Below, piece after piece: positions 20,562-31,891 of a stretch of DNA of 64,000 bases; position 1 is the stretch's first letter, and every line of letters starts with the position of its first letter. Below the pieces are notes generated by a model, which saw only the letters and a program-made list of their open reading frames with translations, searched no databases and was not told the origin of the DNA. The translations under genes and the position numbers were made by a program. The stretch comes from an uncultured Chlamydiae bacterium. Its GTDB lineage: Bacteria > Chlamydiota > Chlamydiia > Chlamydiales > SM23-39. The DNA is taken from assembly GCA_963730605.1 (NCBI GenBank), contig CAVSSM010000002.1:288001-352000 (forward strand). Reading direction: 5' to 3'.

Positions 20562-21934
20562 ACCGCCCTCGAAAACTTGCCGCGGCCAAGGTAAGCGTCG
20601 AAGGCGGAGGCGACGAGGCGGATGAAAAGTTGACCAAGCGGGGTCGGGAGGATTTTTTCCGCCGTCTCTTCGATCAACCCCTCCTTTTTCAACTCCTCGA
20701 GTTTTTCTCTTGCCGCCGCAAAATGGGTATCGAACTCGAGCCCAAAGCGGGAAGCGAACTCGGACTTATCCAAATCGAACTGGCACATCAGCGTTTGTAT
20801 GACCCAGCGGCGCCGGATATCTTCTTCTTGTAAAGAGAAGCCCCTCAGTACCGGAAGTTTGCCGCTTGCGACTTTTGCCTCATAGTCTTCGAACGCTGTG
20901 GCGTTTTGGAAATAAGCGCCCTCGAAAAACCCGATCGATGTCATCCCGAACCCTAGCATGTCTTCGGACCTTTTCACGGCATACCCCTGGAAATTGCGGG
21001 TGAGCCTTTTTTCCCGAAGAGCGGCTGCAATCGAGTCGCCGGGAAGGGAGAAATGGTCCATCCCGATCGGTAGGTACCCCCTTTCCATGAACTTTTCCCT
21101 GGTCTCGATATAAATCTGGAACTTCTCTTCGGTCGAGGGAAGAGCGGAGTCGGGAATCGCTTTTTGGTGGGGTTTGAGCCAAGGGACTTTTGCGTAGGAA
21201 TAGAATGCGATCCGGTCGGGTTTAAGTAGGACGAGTTTTTCAGCGGTTTTTGCAAACGATGATGGCGTCTGCAAAGGCAGCCCATAGATCAGATCGACAT
21301 TGATCCCATTGAATCCTAGATCTCTTGCAAGGTGAACCGTTTGAATGGTCATCTCCTCACTCTGGCGCCGCTTGACCGCTTCTTGAACGGCCGGGTCGAG
21401 ATCTTGCACGCCAAAGCTGACCCGGTTGAAGCCGAGGCGTCTTAAAAGGGCAAGTTTAGAACCTCCGTCTGCAAAAACTGTGCGCGGATCGATTTCGATC
21501 GAAATCTCAGCTTCTTGAGCCAAATCGAAATGCTCATGAAGTCGGGCCATCAAGGACTCGAGCTCTTCCTCGGTCAAAGACGTTGGAGTCCCCCCGCCCA
21601 GATGGATCTCGGAGATGGCCCTTTTCTTCAGAAAATAGCCCGCTGTCCGTTCGATTTCTTGAATGAGATGGACAAGATACCGCGCTTGGCGCATCGGCTG
21701 GCGGTTCAGCACCACAGAACAGCCGCAAAAAAGGCACATCGACTTGCAAAAGGGAATATGGAGATAGAGGGAAAGCGGTTTTTCAGTCCGGTCGAAAGCT
21801 TGGAGCTTCTGGACGAGCTCAACGTGCGCCATAGAGTGAAATTGGGGCGTTGTGGGGTAGCTTGTGTAGCGAGGAACGGGGCGGTCGAATTTCGCAAGAA
21901 GCATTGGATCTAACCGGATGATTTCCCGACTCAT
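20558..21934 (-). CDS. hemN: Oxygen-independent coproporphyrinogen III oxidase
   Basis: PRYTSYPT, LYLHIPFCKSMCLFCGC radical-SAM motif, GGGTPT, RNFQGY. Confidence 0.96.
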   Translation of the reverse strand: MSREIIRLDPMLLAKFDRPVPRYTSYPTTPQFHSMAHVELVQKLQAFDRTEKPLSLYLHIPFCKSMCLFCGCSVVLNRQPMRQARYLVHLIQEIERTAGYFLKKRAISEIHLGGGTPTSLTEEELESLMARLHEHFDLAQEAEISIEIDPRTVFADGGSKLALLRRLGFNRVSFGVQDLDPAVQEAVKRRQSEEMTIQTVHLARDLGFNGINVDLIYGLPLQTPSSFAKTAEKLVLLKPDRIAFYSYAKVPWLKPHQKAIPDSALPSTEEKFQIYIETREKFMERGYLPIGMDHFSLPGDSIAAALREKRLTRNFQGYAVKRSEDMLGFGMTSIGFFEGAYFQNATAFEDYEAKVASGKLPVLRGFSLQEEDIRRRWVIQTLMCQFDLDKSEFASRFGLEFDTHFAAAREKLEELKKEGLIEETAEKILPTPLGQLFIRLVASAFDAYLGRGKFSRAV

Positions 21935-22896
21935 GTTTCCTTTAGCGCCTCCACAAGCGTTCTTACGGCCTCCACCGAGACATCGGGCTTGACCCCATGG
22001 CCGAGCCCCGCGATAAAGCCCGGGTCTCCTTGCATACTCATCTTCAACTCGAGCGCCTTTTGCCGGATTACATCATGAGGCGCATAGAGAAGATCGGGAT
22101 CGAGATTTCCTTGCAGGGGCTGTTTCGTTTTCTTTCGAACTTGGGGAAGAGGCGTTTGCCAATCGAGGCTCAAAGAGCAAGGCAGCTCGGAGAGATCGTC
22201 TAAATGAATCCCCGCTCCCCTCATGAAAAGGATCGTTGGCGCATCAACTGCTGCAATCATTTTCCGGTAGTAGGGAAGGCAAAACCGCCTGAAATGCTCC
22301 TTCGACAAGACGTTAGCCCAGGAATCGAAAATCTGTAAAGCCGCCGCGCCGGCTTCCCTCTGGCGCGCCATATAGGCGATCGACACCTCCGAGATCCGAT
22401 CGAGCAGCTTCTCAAAAGTTTCCGGCGAGCGGTAGGCCCACTGTTTGGCGCCAACGATTCCTCCTTCGACAAGATAGGTCGCGACAGTGAATGGGGCTCC
22501 GCAAAAACCGATCAGAGGAACCTTAAGCCGCGGGACTGTCAGTTGGATCGCCTCGATGACGGACCCTAGCTTTTCAAGATCGGAGGAGAGGAAGGGGGTG
22601 AGCTTCGCCGTCACTAAGGGATCGACCCGAGGCCCTTCCGAAAAATCGAGCTTGAGCCCGAGGGCGAGGGCGAGGACGGTGATATCGGAGAAAATGATGG
22701 CCGCATCGACCCCCAATTGTTCCACCGGCATGAGGGTGATCTCCGAGGCAAGTTCCGGATTGAGGAAGAGTGTTTTGAGCGGATATTTTTTTCGAATGCG
22801 CTGATAGGAGGGCATATATCGCCCTGCTTGGCGAAACAGCCAGACAGGGGGGCGGCTTGAGTTAGCGTTCTTTAAAGCATCCTCCAGGAGGCTCAC
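21931..22896 (-). CDS. hemE: Uroporphyrinogen decarboxylase
   Basis: PVWLFRQAGRYMP, DAAIIFSDI, LIGFCGAPFT, QIFDSWA, LQGNLDP, LGHG. Confidence 0.96.
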   Translation of the reverse strand: MSLLEDALKNANSSRPPVWLFRQAGRYMPSYQRIRKKYPLKTLFLNPELASEITLMPVEQLGVDAAIIFSDITVLALALGLKLDFSEGPRVDPLVTAKLTPFLSSDLEKLGSVIEAIQLTVPRLKVPLIGFCGAPFTVATYLVEGGIVGAKQWAYRSPETFEKLLDRISEVSIAYMARQREAGAAALQIFDSWANVLSKEHFRRFCLPYYRKMIAAVDAPTILFMRGAGIHLDDLSELPCSLSLDWQTPLPQVRKKTKQPLQGNLDPDLLYAPHDVIRQKALELKMSMQGDPGFIAGLGHGVKPDVSVEAVRTLVEALKET

Positions 22897-22924
22897 AAAA
22901 CTCTCTTTTCTGTATTCAAAAAAA

Positions 22925-23015
22925 CCAAGGCTGCGGAATCACAAAAAAGATCAGGGATTTGATCTTTTTTGTGCGGAGTAGGTCCTTTGGCGGGTTCAAG
23001 GGCGGAGCCCTGAAT
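22925..23015. repeat. Dispersed structured palindrome, copy B, followed by a gggcggagccc mini-hairpin
   Basis: ccaagg-ctgc-ggaat-cacaaaaaagatca-gggatt-tgatcttttttgtg-cgga-gtag-gt-cctttgg. Confidence 0.8.
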
Positions 23016-23054
23016 CTTGCTCATCTTGTTTTTGCCATTCAACCCCAAAAGCCC

Positions 23055-25100
23055 TCATAGGGCTTTTGGAGACCCCCTAAGAGGCTTGGTCATGAGCCTT
23101 TCGATGATGGCGTCGACGGTGAAGCCAAACTCTTGGGCAAGATCGGCTGCTGGGGCCGAATGGCCAAACCCTTCCATGCAGATCGCGACTCCATCCATGC
23201 CGATATATTTATGCCAGCCAAATTCAACGCCCGCTTCGATGGCAACCCGCGTCCCTAAATCGCCGCCGGCGATCGAGTGTTTATACGCATCGTCTTGTTT
23301 TTCGAAAATGGCCCATGCCGGCATCGAGACGACTCGGACGCTCTTCCCCATCTGCTCGAGCTGATTGCCTACATCGAGAGCTAAAGAGAGCTCGGAGCCC
23401 GTCGAAAAGAGGGTAAAATCGGGTTTTCTCTTTTCTTTTTTCACGATATAGGCCCCTTTTGCCATCCCATGATCGTAGGGGACGTTCGTCTCCGAAAGTT
23501 CTGGCAGCGCCTGCCGAGACACGACGATCGCAGTGGGGCCCGTATAGCGGAGGGCCGAGATCCACGCGTGGCGCACCTCATGGGCATCGGCCGGCCGGAT
23601 CACATGCAGATGAGGCATGGCGCGCAAACTGGCTAATTGTTCGATCGATTGGTGCGTGGGGCCGTCTTCGCCGAGGAAAATCGAGTCATGGGTAAATTGA
23701 TAAATGACGTGATAGTGCGAAAGGGCGGCAAGCCGGATCGCATTGCGCATGTAGTCGGAAAACGTGAAGAATGTACCGCAAAAGGGCTGGAACATCCCTA
23801 AGACCGAGAGGCCGCTTGTCATGGTGGACATGGCAAATTCCCTGACGCCGTATTTGATGTTCCTTCCCGTAAAATTTTCGCTCGTCACGATGGGGAACTC
23901 CTTCATCAGCGTGAGATCGGAACAGGAAAGGTCGGCTGAGCCGCCGACGAGCTGAGGCAATAGTTTGCCAAGCGTTTGCAAGAGGGTCTGAGAGGCTGCC
24001 CTCCCCGCGATCGGCGACTTGATCTCTACAAGTTTCAGCGTCTCTTCTAAATCCGTTGGGAGATGCCGCGACTGCATCTTCTGAAATTCGGCGGCCTTGT
24101 CAGGGTAGCTGACGGCCCAGCGCCGGAAAAGATCGTTCCACTCGGCCTCCAAAGCGGCCTCCTTCGGAAGCTTCTTTTCGAAAAAGGAGAGGACCGATTG
24201 GGGGATGTAAAATTCTTCTTTGGGCAATCCAAGAGCTTCTTTTGTAGCGAGAACTTCTTCCGGCCCAAGAGGGTTGCCGTGAACCTTCGAGGTTCCTGCT
24301 TTATGGGGAGAGCCTTTCCCGATCACCGTTCTCAAGACGATCAAGACCGGCTTGTCCTGTTTCCTGCGGATCTCGTTGAAAGTCGTTTCCATTCCGTCGA
24401 AGTCATAGCCATCGATGTCATAGACGTCCCACCCATAGGCTTTATAGCGTCCTTTCGTATCTTCCGATAAACATTCGGAGGTCGGCCCATCGAGGCATAC
24501 ATGGTTGGAGTCGTAGATCAAAACAATATTATCGAGTTTGAGATGCCCAGCGAAGGAAGAGGCCTCGGCAGAGATCCCCTCCATCATGCATCCGTCGCCG
24601 GCGATACAAAACACCTTGCCGGTGAAAAGGGGGTAGTCCTCCTCGTTGAACCTTGCGGCGAGCAGTTTCATCCCGAGCGCCATCCCGATGGCGTTGCCGA
24701 CCCCTTGGCCCAACGGGCCGGTCGTAGCTTCGACCCCGTCCGTATGCCCATATTCCGGATGCCCCGGCGTTTTGGAGTGAAGCTGGCGGAAATTTTTGAT
24801 CTCGTCCAAAGAGAGCTTGAAACCGGACAAATGAAGGCAAGAGTAGAGCCACATCGAACCGTGGCCGGCAGAAAGGACAACGCGGTCGCGGTTCAGCCAT
24901 TTCGAATTTTTTGGGTTGTGGCGTAAATGGACGCCGTAGAGGAAAGCGCCGAGCTCCGCGCATCCCATGGGCATCCCGGGGTGGCCGGAATTGGCTTTTT
25001 GCACCGCGTCCATGCTCAAGCCCCGGATCGTGCCCGCGACTTTGGATAATTGTTTTTTTAGATCGTCGTCCATACGAAAAATTTCCTGTTTTTGAACCAT
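23055..25100 (-). CDS. tkt: Transketolase
   Basis: SGHPGMPMG, RDRVVLSAGH, TTGPLGQG, GDGCMMEG, GSADL, GEDGPTHQ. Confidence 0.97.
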   Translation of the reverse strand: MVQKQEIFRMDDDLKKQLSKVAGTIRGLSMDAVQKANSGHPGMPMGCAELGAFLYGVHLRHNPKNSKWLNRDRVVLSAGHGSMWLYSCLHLSGFKLSLDEIKNFRQLHSKTPGHPEYGHTDGVEATTGPLGQGVGNAIGMALGMKLLAARFNEEDYPLFTGKVFCIAGDGCMMEGISAEASSFAGHLKLDNIVLIYDSNHVCLDGPTSECLSEDTKGRYKAYGWDVYDIDGYDFDGMETTFNEIRRKQDKPVLIVLRTVIGKGSPHKAGTSKVHGNPLGPEEVLATKEALGLPKEEFYIPQSVLSFFEKKLPKEAALEAEWNDLFRRWAVSYPDKAAEFQKMQSRHLPTDLEETLKLVEIKSPIAGRAASQTLLQTLGKLLPQLVGGSADLSCSDLTLMKEFPIVTSENFTGRNIKYGVREFAMSTMTSGLSVLGMFQPFCGTFFTFSDYMRNAIRLAALSHYHVIYQFTHDSIFLGEDGPTHQSIEQLASLRAMPHLHVIRPADAHEVRHAWISALRYTGPTAIVVSRQALPELSETNVPYDHGMAKGAYIVKKEKRKPDFTLFSTGSELSLALDVGNQLEQMGKSVRVVSMPAWAIFEKQDDAYKHSIAGGDLGTRVAIEAGVEFGWHKYIGMDGVAICMEGFGHSAPAADLAQEFGFTVDAIIERLMTKPLRGSPKAL

Positions 25101-25223
25101 TCTCAGCCAGATGCCCTTATCCCCGCAAGAAGTTCTTGCGGTAGAGCTTGCCGAAGAGCTTGCAAAGGGCGAGCTCCTTGGGTAGACTTGGTAAACTTAA
25201 GACCCAAGTACTGTAGAGTTTTT

Positions 25224-27851
25224 ATGTTGTCCCAAGAAATCCGCCGCTCGTTCCTCAACTATTTCAAAAGCCAGGGGCATACGGTCGTCCCATCGTCGCC
25301 CGTCATTCCCCATGACGATCCGACCCTTCTTTTCATCAATGCGGGAATGAACCAATTCAAGGACATTTTTTTGGGCAAATCCAAGCGGGAATATACCCGG
25401 GCGGTGACCACGCAAAAGTGCATCCGCGTCGGAGGCAAGCACAACGATCTCGATAATGTGGGGCACACTTCCCGCCACCTGACGTTTTTCGAGATGCTGG
25501 GGAATTTCTCTTTCGGCGATTATTTCAAGAAGGAAGCGATCGGGTACGCCTGGGATGTAGTTCTGCACGTTTATGGCTTCGACCCGGAGAAGGTGTGGGT
25601 CTCCGTCTACAAAGACGATGACGAGGCGTTTGCTCTTTGGGAAAAGCATGTGCCGGAGAAGCGGATCGTCCGCTTCGGCGAAAAGGAAAATTTTTGGACC
25701 ATGGGCGAGACGGGGCCTTGCGGGCCTTGCTCCGAACTGCTTTACGACCGGGGCCCGAAATACGGCGCCGCAACGAGTCCCGTAGAAGACTTGACGGGCG
25801 AGCGCTATCTCGAATTTTGGAACTTGGTCTTCATGCAATACGATCGCGGCGCCGGCGGCAAAATGGAGCCGCTGCCAAAAAAATCGATCGATACCGGATC
25901 GGGCCTCGAGCGTGTAGCCTCGCTCAAACTCGGCGTCGATTCCGTCTTCCAGACCGACGTCTTGAGAGGGCTTATCGCCGCTACGGAAAACTTGAGCGGG
26001 AAAAAGTACGACCCTGAAAACGGCCTGCTCGCCCCAGCGTTTCATGTGATCGCAGACCACATTCGGAGCCTTTCGTTTGCGATCGCAGACGGCGTCCAGC
26101 CGAGCAACACGGCCCAAGGCTACGTCCTCCGAAAAATTTTACGGCGCGCCGTCCGCTACGGGCGGATGCTCGGCGTGCAGCGCCCGTTCCTTGCCGATAT
26201 CCTGCCGCGCCTCGTCCAGTCGATGGGAGATGACTTCCCGGAGTTGAAAGCAAGCCAGCTGCGGATTGCCGAGATCCTCACTTTGGAAGAGGAGTCCTTC
26301 ATCCGCACCCTGGTGCGGGGTGGGGAGCTCTTGAACTCCGTCATCGGTGCCTCCAAGAAAGCCTCTCAGAAGATTTCGGGCGAAGACGCATTCAAACTGA
26401 AAGATACGTATGGCTTCCCTCTCGAAGAAATCCTCCTGATCGCCAAAGACGAAAACTTAGGAGTGGACCTTCCCCGCTTCGAAGCTCTTGAAGAAGAGGC
26501 CAAAGAAAAGTCGCGAAAAGCCCACAAGAGTGCCGCCCAAACCTTCGAATCCAATTTCTTCGACGATTTTACGAAGGTACATGAACGGTGTCAGTTCCAG
26601 GGCTATCAAAAGATGGCGGGCGACGCTCGCCTGATCGGCATCGTAGTCGACGGCAAGTTCACCGATGCGATCAAAGAGGGCGAAGAAGGGCTACTTCTTC
26701 TCGACGCTACTCCGTTTTATGCCGAGATGGGAGGACAGGTCGGAGATACGGGACGGATCGGCAAAGGAGAAAGCTCCTTCCACGTCTACGACACCATCGC
26801 CCCCTATCCCGGAGTCATCGCTCATCTCGGGAAAATGACGGGAACACTCCGAAAAAATGACTCGGTCCATGCCACCGTCGACGCCTCCCGCCGCGCCGAT
26901 ATCCAAAACAACCACACCGCGACTCACCTCCTCCATTGGGCCCTGCAGACCGTCCTTGGGCCCCACATCAAACAAGCCGGATCTCTCGTGGATGCGAAGC
27001 GGCTCCGCTTCGATTTCAGCCACCATAAGCCGGTAAGTTCAAGCGAACTTCGCCAAATCGAAGATCTCGTCAACGAAAAAATCCGCGCTGACGTCCCAGT
27101 CCAAGCCTATGAGCTCTCCTACGACGAGGCCCAAAAACGGTCCGACATCAAGCAATTCTTCGGCGAAAAGTACGGATCGAAGGTCCGCGTCATCGACGCC
27201 GATTTCTCGAAAGAGCTTTGTGGCGGCACCCATACCGCCCGCACCGGCACGATCGGCTATTTCAGGATCGCGAAAGAAAGCAGCATCGCCGCCGGAGTGC
27301 GCCGGATCGAAGCGGTGTCGGGGCGCGCTGCCGAACAATTCGTCCGAGGCGAAGAGGACCTCCTCCAATCCCTCGCCACCTCCCTTAAAATCCCCGCCTC
27401 AGCCCTTCCCGAAAAAATCGATGCGCTTCTCGAAGAGAATCGCAACTTAAGCTCCGAACTCAAAGGACACAGGAAAGGGCTCCTCAAGCAACTCTCCGAC
27501 GCGTGCCTTTCCCAAAAAGAAAAGGCGGGCCACATCTCTCTCATTGCGCAGGAAGTGGCCATCGACGCGGATGAGATGACCGCCTTTGCCGAAGAGCTGC
27601 TAAGGCACCTGAAATCGGGCGTCGTTGCCCTTGGAGCGAAAGTGGGAGAAAGATGCCAGCTACTCATTGCGGTCAGCCCCGACCTCGTGCAAAAAAACAT
27701 CCATGCCGCGGCACTGATCAAAGAAGCGGCGCCGTTCATCTCAGGCGGTGGCGGCGGCAAGCAAAACCTCGCGCAAGCAGGAGGAAAGGATCCCAAAGGA
27801 CTCTCCAAAGCGCTCGACAAAATCCGGGAGCTTTTGAAAACCGCGGGTTAA
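25224..27851 (+). CDS. alaS: Alanine--tRNA ligase
   Basis: NAGMNQFK, FFEMLGNFSFGDYFK, HTATHLL and ELCGGTH editing motifs, GGGGG tail. Start MLSQEIR at 25224. Confidence 0.98.
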   Translation: MLSQEIRRSFLNYFKSQGHTVVPSSPVIPHDDPTLLFINAGMNQFKDIFLGKSKREYTRAVTTQKCIRVGGKHNDLDNVGHTSRHLTFFEMLGNFSFGDYFKKEAIGYAWDVVLHVYGFDPEKVWVSVYKDDDEAFALWEKHVPEKRIVRFGEKENFWTMGETGPCGPCSELLYDRGPKYGAATSPVEDLTGERYLEFWNLVFMQYDRGAGGKMEPLPKKSIDTGSGLERVASLKLGVDSVFQTDVLRGLIAATENLSGKKYDPENGLLAPAFHVIADHIRSLSFAIADGVQPSNTAQGYVLRKILRRAVRYGRMLGVQRPFLADILPRLVQSMGDDFPELKASQLRIAEILTLEEESFIRTLVRGGELLNSVIGASKKASQKISGEDAFKLKDTYGFPLEEILLIAKDENLGVDLPRFEALEEEAKEKSRKAHKSAAQTFESNFFDDFTKVHERCQFQGYQKMAGDARLIGIVVDGKFTDAIKEGEEGLLLLDATPFYAEMGGQVGDTGRIGKGESSFHVYDTIAPYPGVIAHLGKMTGTLRKNDSVHATVDASRRADIQNNHTATHLLHWALQTVLGPHIKQAGSLVDAKRLRFDFSHHKPVSSSELRQIEDLVNEKIRADVPVQAYELSYDEAQKRSDIKQFFGEKYGSKVRVIDADFSKELCGGTHTARTGTIGYFRIAKESSIAAGVRRIEAVSGRAAEQFVRGEEDLLQSLATSLKIPASALPEKIDALLEENRNLSSELKGHRKGLLKQLSDACLSQKEKAGHISLIAQEVAIDADEMTAFAEELLRHLKSGVVALGAKVGERCQLLIAVSPDLVQKNIHAAALIKEAAPFISGGGGGKQNLAQAGGKDPKGLSKALDKIRELLKTAG

Positions 27852-27854
27852 TCA

Positions 27855-28007
27855 AGGGCTTCGCCCTCGAACACCCAGCAAAGGCTGCGGAATCATAAAA
27901 AAGGCCAGGGGTTTGGCCTTTTTTATGCGGAGCAGGTCCTTTGCAAACCTAATTATGGGTTTCAAAAGGGCAAAGTCCTTTTGCGGAGATCGAGGCGGAG
28001 CCTCGAA
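27855..28007. repeat. Dispersed structured palindrome, copy C, with flanking gggcttcgccc and gaggcggagcctc mini-hairpins
   Basis: gcaaagg-ctgc-ggaat-cataaaaaaggcca-ggggtt-tggccttttttatg-cgga-gcag-gt-cctttgc (core 27885..27935). Confidence 0.8.
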
Positions 28008-28065
28008 TGTTAACACATTTCTGTATTTCTGTGTATGTGGTATAGTTTTCTACCTTGGAGGGCAT

Positions 28066-28305
28066 ATGAGCACAAGAACAGCTAGGCTGACCATAGACAT
28101 GGACAAATCTGATCACAAACGCCTGAAAATGGCTGCGTCTATGATGGGCGTTACTATTAAAAATCTGGTTTTGATGAGCGTGGACGAGTTCATGCATCGA
28201 AAACCAAACAAAGTGACTGTGAAAGCCATGAAACAGTCAGAAATTGGGAAGGGGATCAAAAAGTTCAATAACCTCGACGAGTTGTTTGACGATCTTGGAT
28301 TATAA
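28066..28305 (+). CDS. Type II antitoxin (RHH-like, DinJ/RelB-type C-terminus)
   Basis: RLTIDM...HKRLKMAA...PNKVTVKAM...LDELFDDL; stop overlaps the toxin start. Confidence 0.8.
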   Translation: MSTRTARLTIDMDKSDHKRLKMAASMMGVTIKNLVLMSVDEFMHRKPNKVTVKAMKQSEIGKGIKKFNNLDELFDDLGL

Positions 28306-28577
28306 TGCTAATTCCTGTCAGAACAACCCAATTCAAACGAGATGTCAAGCTGGCCGAGAAACGAGACAGGGACATGTCCAAACTAAAGAAAGTGATGGAG
28401 AAGCTCGCCAATGAAGAAGATCTGGATCCGAAGTATCGCGATCACAAGCTAACTGGCAACTATAAGTTCCATCGGGAGTGCCATATTGAACCCGATTGGC
28501 TTCTTATCTACCGCCTTACCGCAACGGAAATCCACTTCGTCAGAACCGGAACGCATACGGACCTTTTCAAAGAATAA
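28305..28577 (+). CDS. yafQ: YafQ-family (RelE-like) mRNA interferase toxin
   Basis: FKRDVK, YRDHKLTGN, RECHIEPDWLLIY, RTGTHTDLF. Confidence 0.92.
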   Translation: MLIPVRTTQFKRDVKLAEKRDRDMSKLKKVMEKLANEEDLDPKYRDHKLTGNYKFHRECHIEPDWLLIYRLTATEIHFVRTGTHTDLFKE

Positions 28578-28578
28578 G

Positions 28579-31500
28579 ATGAAATTAGAGACTAGCCCAT
28601 CGCTTTCGGCATTTCTCGAGGCGCTCAAAAAGGGCGGATCGTTTCTCGTTGAGGGGCTATGGGACACTCCGAAGGCTTGTCTTGCCTCCTCCATCGCCAA
28701 AGCGACTGGCAGGCCGCTCCTTCTCATTACTGGCGGGATGCGGGAAGATAGGCTCTTTGGCGACCTTGGGTTTTTCGCTCCGGGAGACTGCATTGAGTTT
28801 CCGGCTTGGGAAACGTTGCCGGGAGAAGAGATTGCTCCGAGTCCGGATATTTTGGGCAAGAGGTTCGAAGCGATCCATTCGCTCATCCATCGAAAAGCTC
28901 CTCCGATTCTTTTGTGCCCGTTGCCGTCGCTGCTTCAAAAAGTTCTGCCTCAAGCCAGCGTACTGCCTCTCCTTACGGTTTGGAAAAAGGGAACGGAGAC
29001 TCCATTCGAGAGCCTCCCGGAATTTTTGACATTGCTTGGGTTTGAAAGGGCGCCTGTCGTCTCGGATAAAGGGGAATTTGCCATCCGGGGCGGGATCTTG
29101 GATCTTTTTCCTGTCGCCTCCCCCGACCCATACCGGATCGAATTTTTTGGCAATACGATCGAAGAGATCCGCACCTTCGATCCCGTTGGCCAAAAAACGG
29201 TTGGGAAAGCGGAGCAGATTTTCTTATCGCCGGCTGTTGAGCTCCCTTTTTTGCGGGGAGCGAGCCGCCTTTGTCCGATCTTCGATTATCTCGGGGAGGA
29301 TTTGATTGTCCTTTGGGACGACCTTCTTGCCATCGAGGACACCTATGTCGCCTTGAAAGAGATGCCCGCGGCCCGCTCTACCTTTCTTTATTCCCTCGAA
29401 GAGATCTTGAAAAAACTAGGGAGCAAGACGCAACATATTTTCTGCTCGGCCCACAACATCGAAGATCTTTCCCAGGTGGGAAGGGTTGATAAACGGAGCA
29501 AATATTTGGCCCCGATTTCTTTCGAAGCCTTCCAGCAGCCGTTCGTTGCGACGAGGTTCTTCCATCCTTTTTGCAAAATAGAGCCTGTGGAAGAAACTTT
29601 GGAAAGCAAGGAGCTCTCGGTCCTCTTCCTCAATGCGAACGATACGGAAGAAGAAGAGGTGAAAAAGCGGCTGAAATCCTGGCCTGAAAAAAGCCGCTTT
29701 GAAAAAGGGGTTCTTACCTCAGGGTTTCTCGTCTCCGATATTCCTTACGCCGTCATCCCGAATGCGGAGATCACACACCGCTCCCATGTCCGCCGGCAAA
29801 AGTGGCGCAGCACCCACCACACCCCCGCTGCCGAATTCCATGACATTGACCCCTGGCGATTTCGTCGTCCATTTCCACAGCGGCATCGGGCGCTATCTCG
29901 GCACCGAAAAACACACCAACCATCTGGGCGAAGAGACCGAATTTTTATCCTCGAATACGCAGATGAGAGCAAGCTCTTCGTCCCCCTTTCCCAAGCTTAT
30001 CTCGTCTCCCGCTACATCGGCGCCCAAGAAGAACCTCCTCATTTGAGCCAGCTCGGCGGCAAACGATGGCAGGCGACTGCGCTAAGCGCCCAGGCCCAAA
30101 TCGTCGGCTATGCGAATGACCTTCTCCAGCTCTAAGCAGAGACGGGCGGTCAAAGGGGGCTTCCGCTATCCGCCGGATGGCGCCTATGATGCGGCGGTTC
30201 GAAAGGGATTTTCCCTACACGGAAACGGAAGATCAGCTGCTGGCGATCGGTGCCATCAAAGAAGATATGATGTCCGATAAAGCGATGGACCGACTCATTT
30301 GCGGCGATGTGGGCTACGGAAAAACCGAAGTGGCGATGCGCGCCGCTTTTAAAGCCGTCGTCGACGGGGGCAAACAGGTCGCCGTCCTGGTTCCGACCAC
30401 GGTGCTTGCCATGCAGCATTTCGAGACATTTTCAGAGAGGATGCAGGCTTTCCGATCCAGGTGGACGTCGTCTCTCGATTTCCGACTCTCCGAAAGAGAT
30501 GCGAGAGACGCTTGCAGAAAACGGCCAAGGGGAAGTCGACATCCTCGATCGGCACGCACCGGCTCCTTTCTGCAAGATGTGAAATTCAAAGACCTCGGCC
30601 TGATCATCATCGATGAAGAGCAACGCTTTGGCGTGCGCGCCAAAGAACACCTCAAAAAATTCAAAGCGGGCGTCGATTGCCTGACCCTCTCGGCAACTCC
30701 GATTCCCCGCACGCTTTACATGTCTCTCGTCCATGCGCGCGATATGTCGGTCATCAATACGCCGCCGCAAGACCGACTTCCCATCAAGACGATCATCGCC
30801 GAAACCGAGCCTGAAGTTGATGCAAAACGCGCTCCTCCGAGAACTTCGCGCGGACGGCCAAGCCTTTTTTATCCATAACCGCGTCGAGACGATCTACGGC
30901 AAAGCCGAACGAATTCCAAAAACTCGTCCCTGCCGCAAGCAGTTGGGATCGTCCACGGCCAGATGGATGCCGACGAGATCGACTCCGTCTTCCACCGCTT
31001 CAAAAAAGGCGAGATCGACCTTCTCTTCGCCACGACCATCGTCGAAAACGGCATCGATATCCCCAATGCCAACACGATCCTCATCGACCGCGCTGACACC
31101 TATGGACTCGCTGACCTCTATCAGCTCCGCGGGCAGAGTCGGCCGCTGGAACCGGTCCGCCTACGCCTATTTCCTCATCCCGAAACAGTCGCGCCTCCCG
31201 AAATTTCCCGCAAGCGCTTGAACGCTCTCGTCGAATCGGGCGGCTACGGCGGCGGCATGAAAATCGCCATGCGCGATCTAGAAATCCGCGGCGCGGGCGA
31301 CATCCTCGGCGTCCAACAATCGGGCCAAGTCTCGGCGATCGGCTTTCATCTCTATTGCAAGCTGCTCAAACGGGCCATCGACGCCCTCAAGAAAAAGACG
31401 CCCGATTTCCTTCAATGAAACCAAGATGGAATTTCCCTACGACGCCCGTCTTCCCGAAGACTACATCAACGAGGTCTCGCTCCGCATGGAGCTCTACCAC

Positions 31501-31814
31501 CGCCTCGGCGAAGCCGCAACCTGCTGCGAGAATCGACGAACTGCTCGCCGAAATGAAAGACCGCTTCGGCCCGCCCCCGCCGCCCGTCCTCTGGCTCTAC
31601 CACCTCGGCTCGCGTCCGCGCCTTTGCCGCAGCCAACCACTTCACGCTCCTCAAGTTCAACACCGTCTCTTTCCAAGCCGACCAGCAAAAAGGAAAACTC
31701 ATCGACAAAAAGACCCTGCTCCTGGCTAAAAAAGTTCAAACGCCCGAAGCGCTCGAAGCTCACGTCATCGAGGAGTTGAAAAAACATTTCGTATGCGAAA
31801 ACGAGGTGAAGTGA
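28579..31814 (+). CDS. mfd: Transcription-repair coupling factor (many frameshifts after about 29850)
   Basis: [55 protein letters not shown]. The C-terminus [14 protein letters not shown] ends at 31814. Confidence 0.93.
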
Positions 31815-31891
31815 GAGCTAGGGACGTTAAAACGCCTGCACTGAACCTATCTCAATAAATCTATATTAAAAATCTTTATTGAGAGAGGTTC

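Noticed and set aside
22925..23015. Structured repeats as integron attC sites or tRNA genes
   Set aside because: No RYYYAAC/GTTRRRY ends, no integron integrase or cassette array, and no cloverleaf or T-loop consensus. I recognised no tRNA or rRNA gene in the window.
25092..26117. Long alaS N-terminal extension and the 306-aa antisense ORF 25197..26117 (likewise other long shadow ORFs over tkt, mutS and hemN)
   Set aside because: Antisense or alternate-frame shadows of GC3-rich conserved genes with no recognisable motifs.
28579..31814. mfd (and accBC/efp/rpe) as true pseudogenes or programmed frameshifts
   Set aside because: The indels are clustered in blocks, motifs are otherwise conserved, and no consistent slippery sites are visible. 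Consensus error is more parsimonious.
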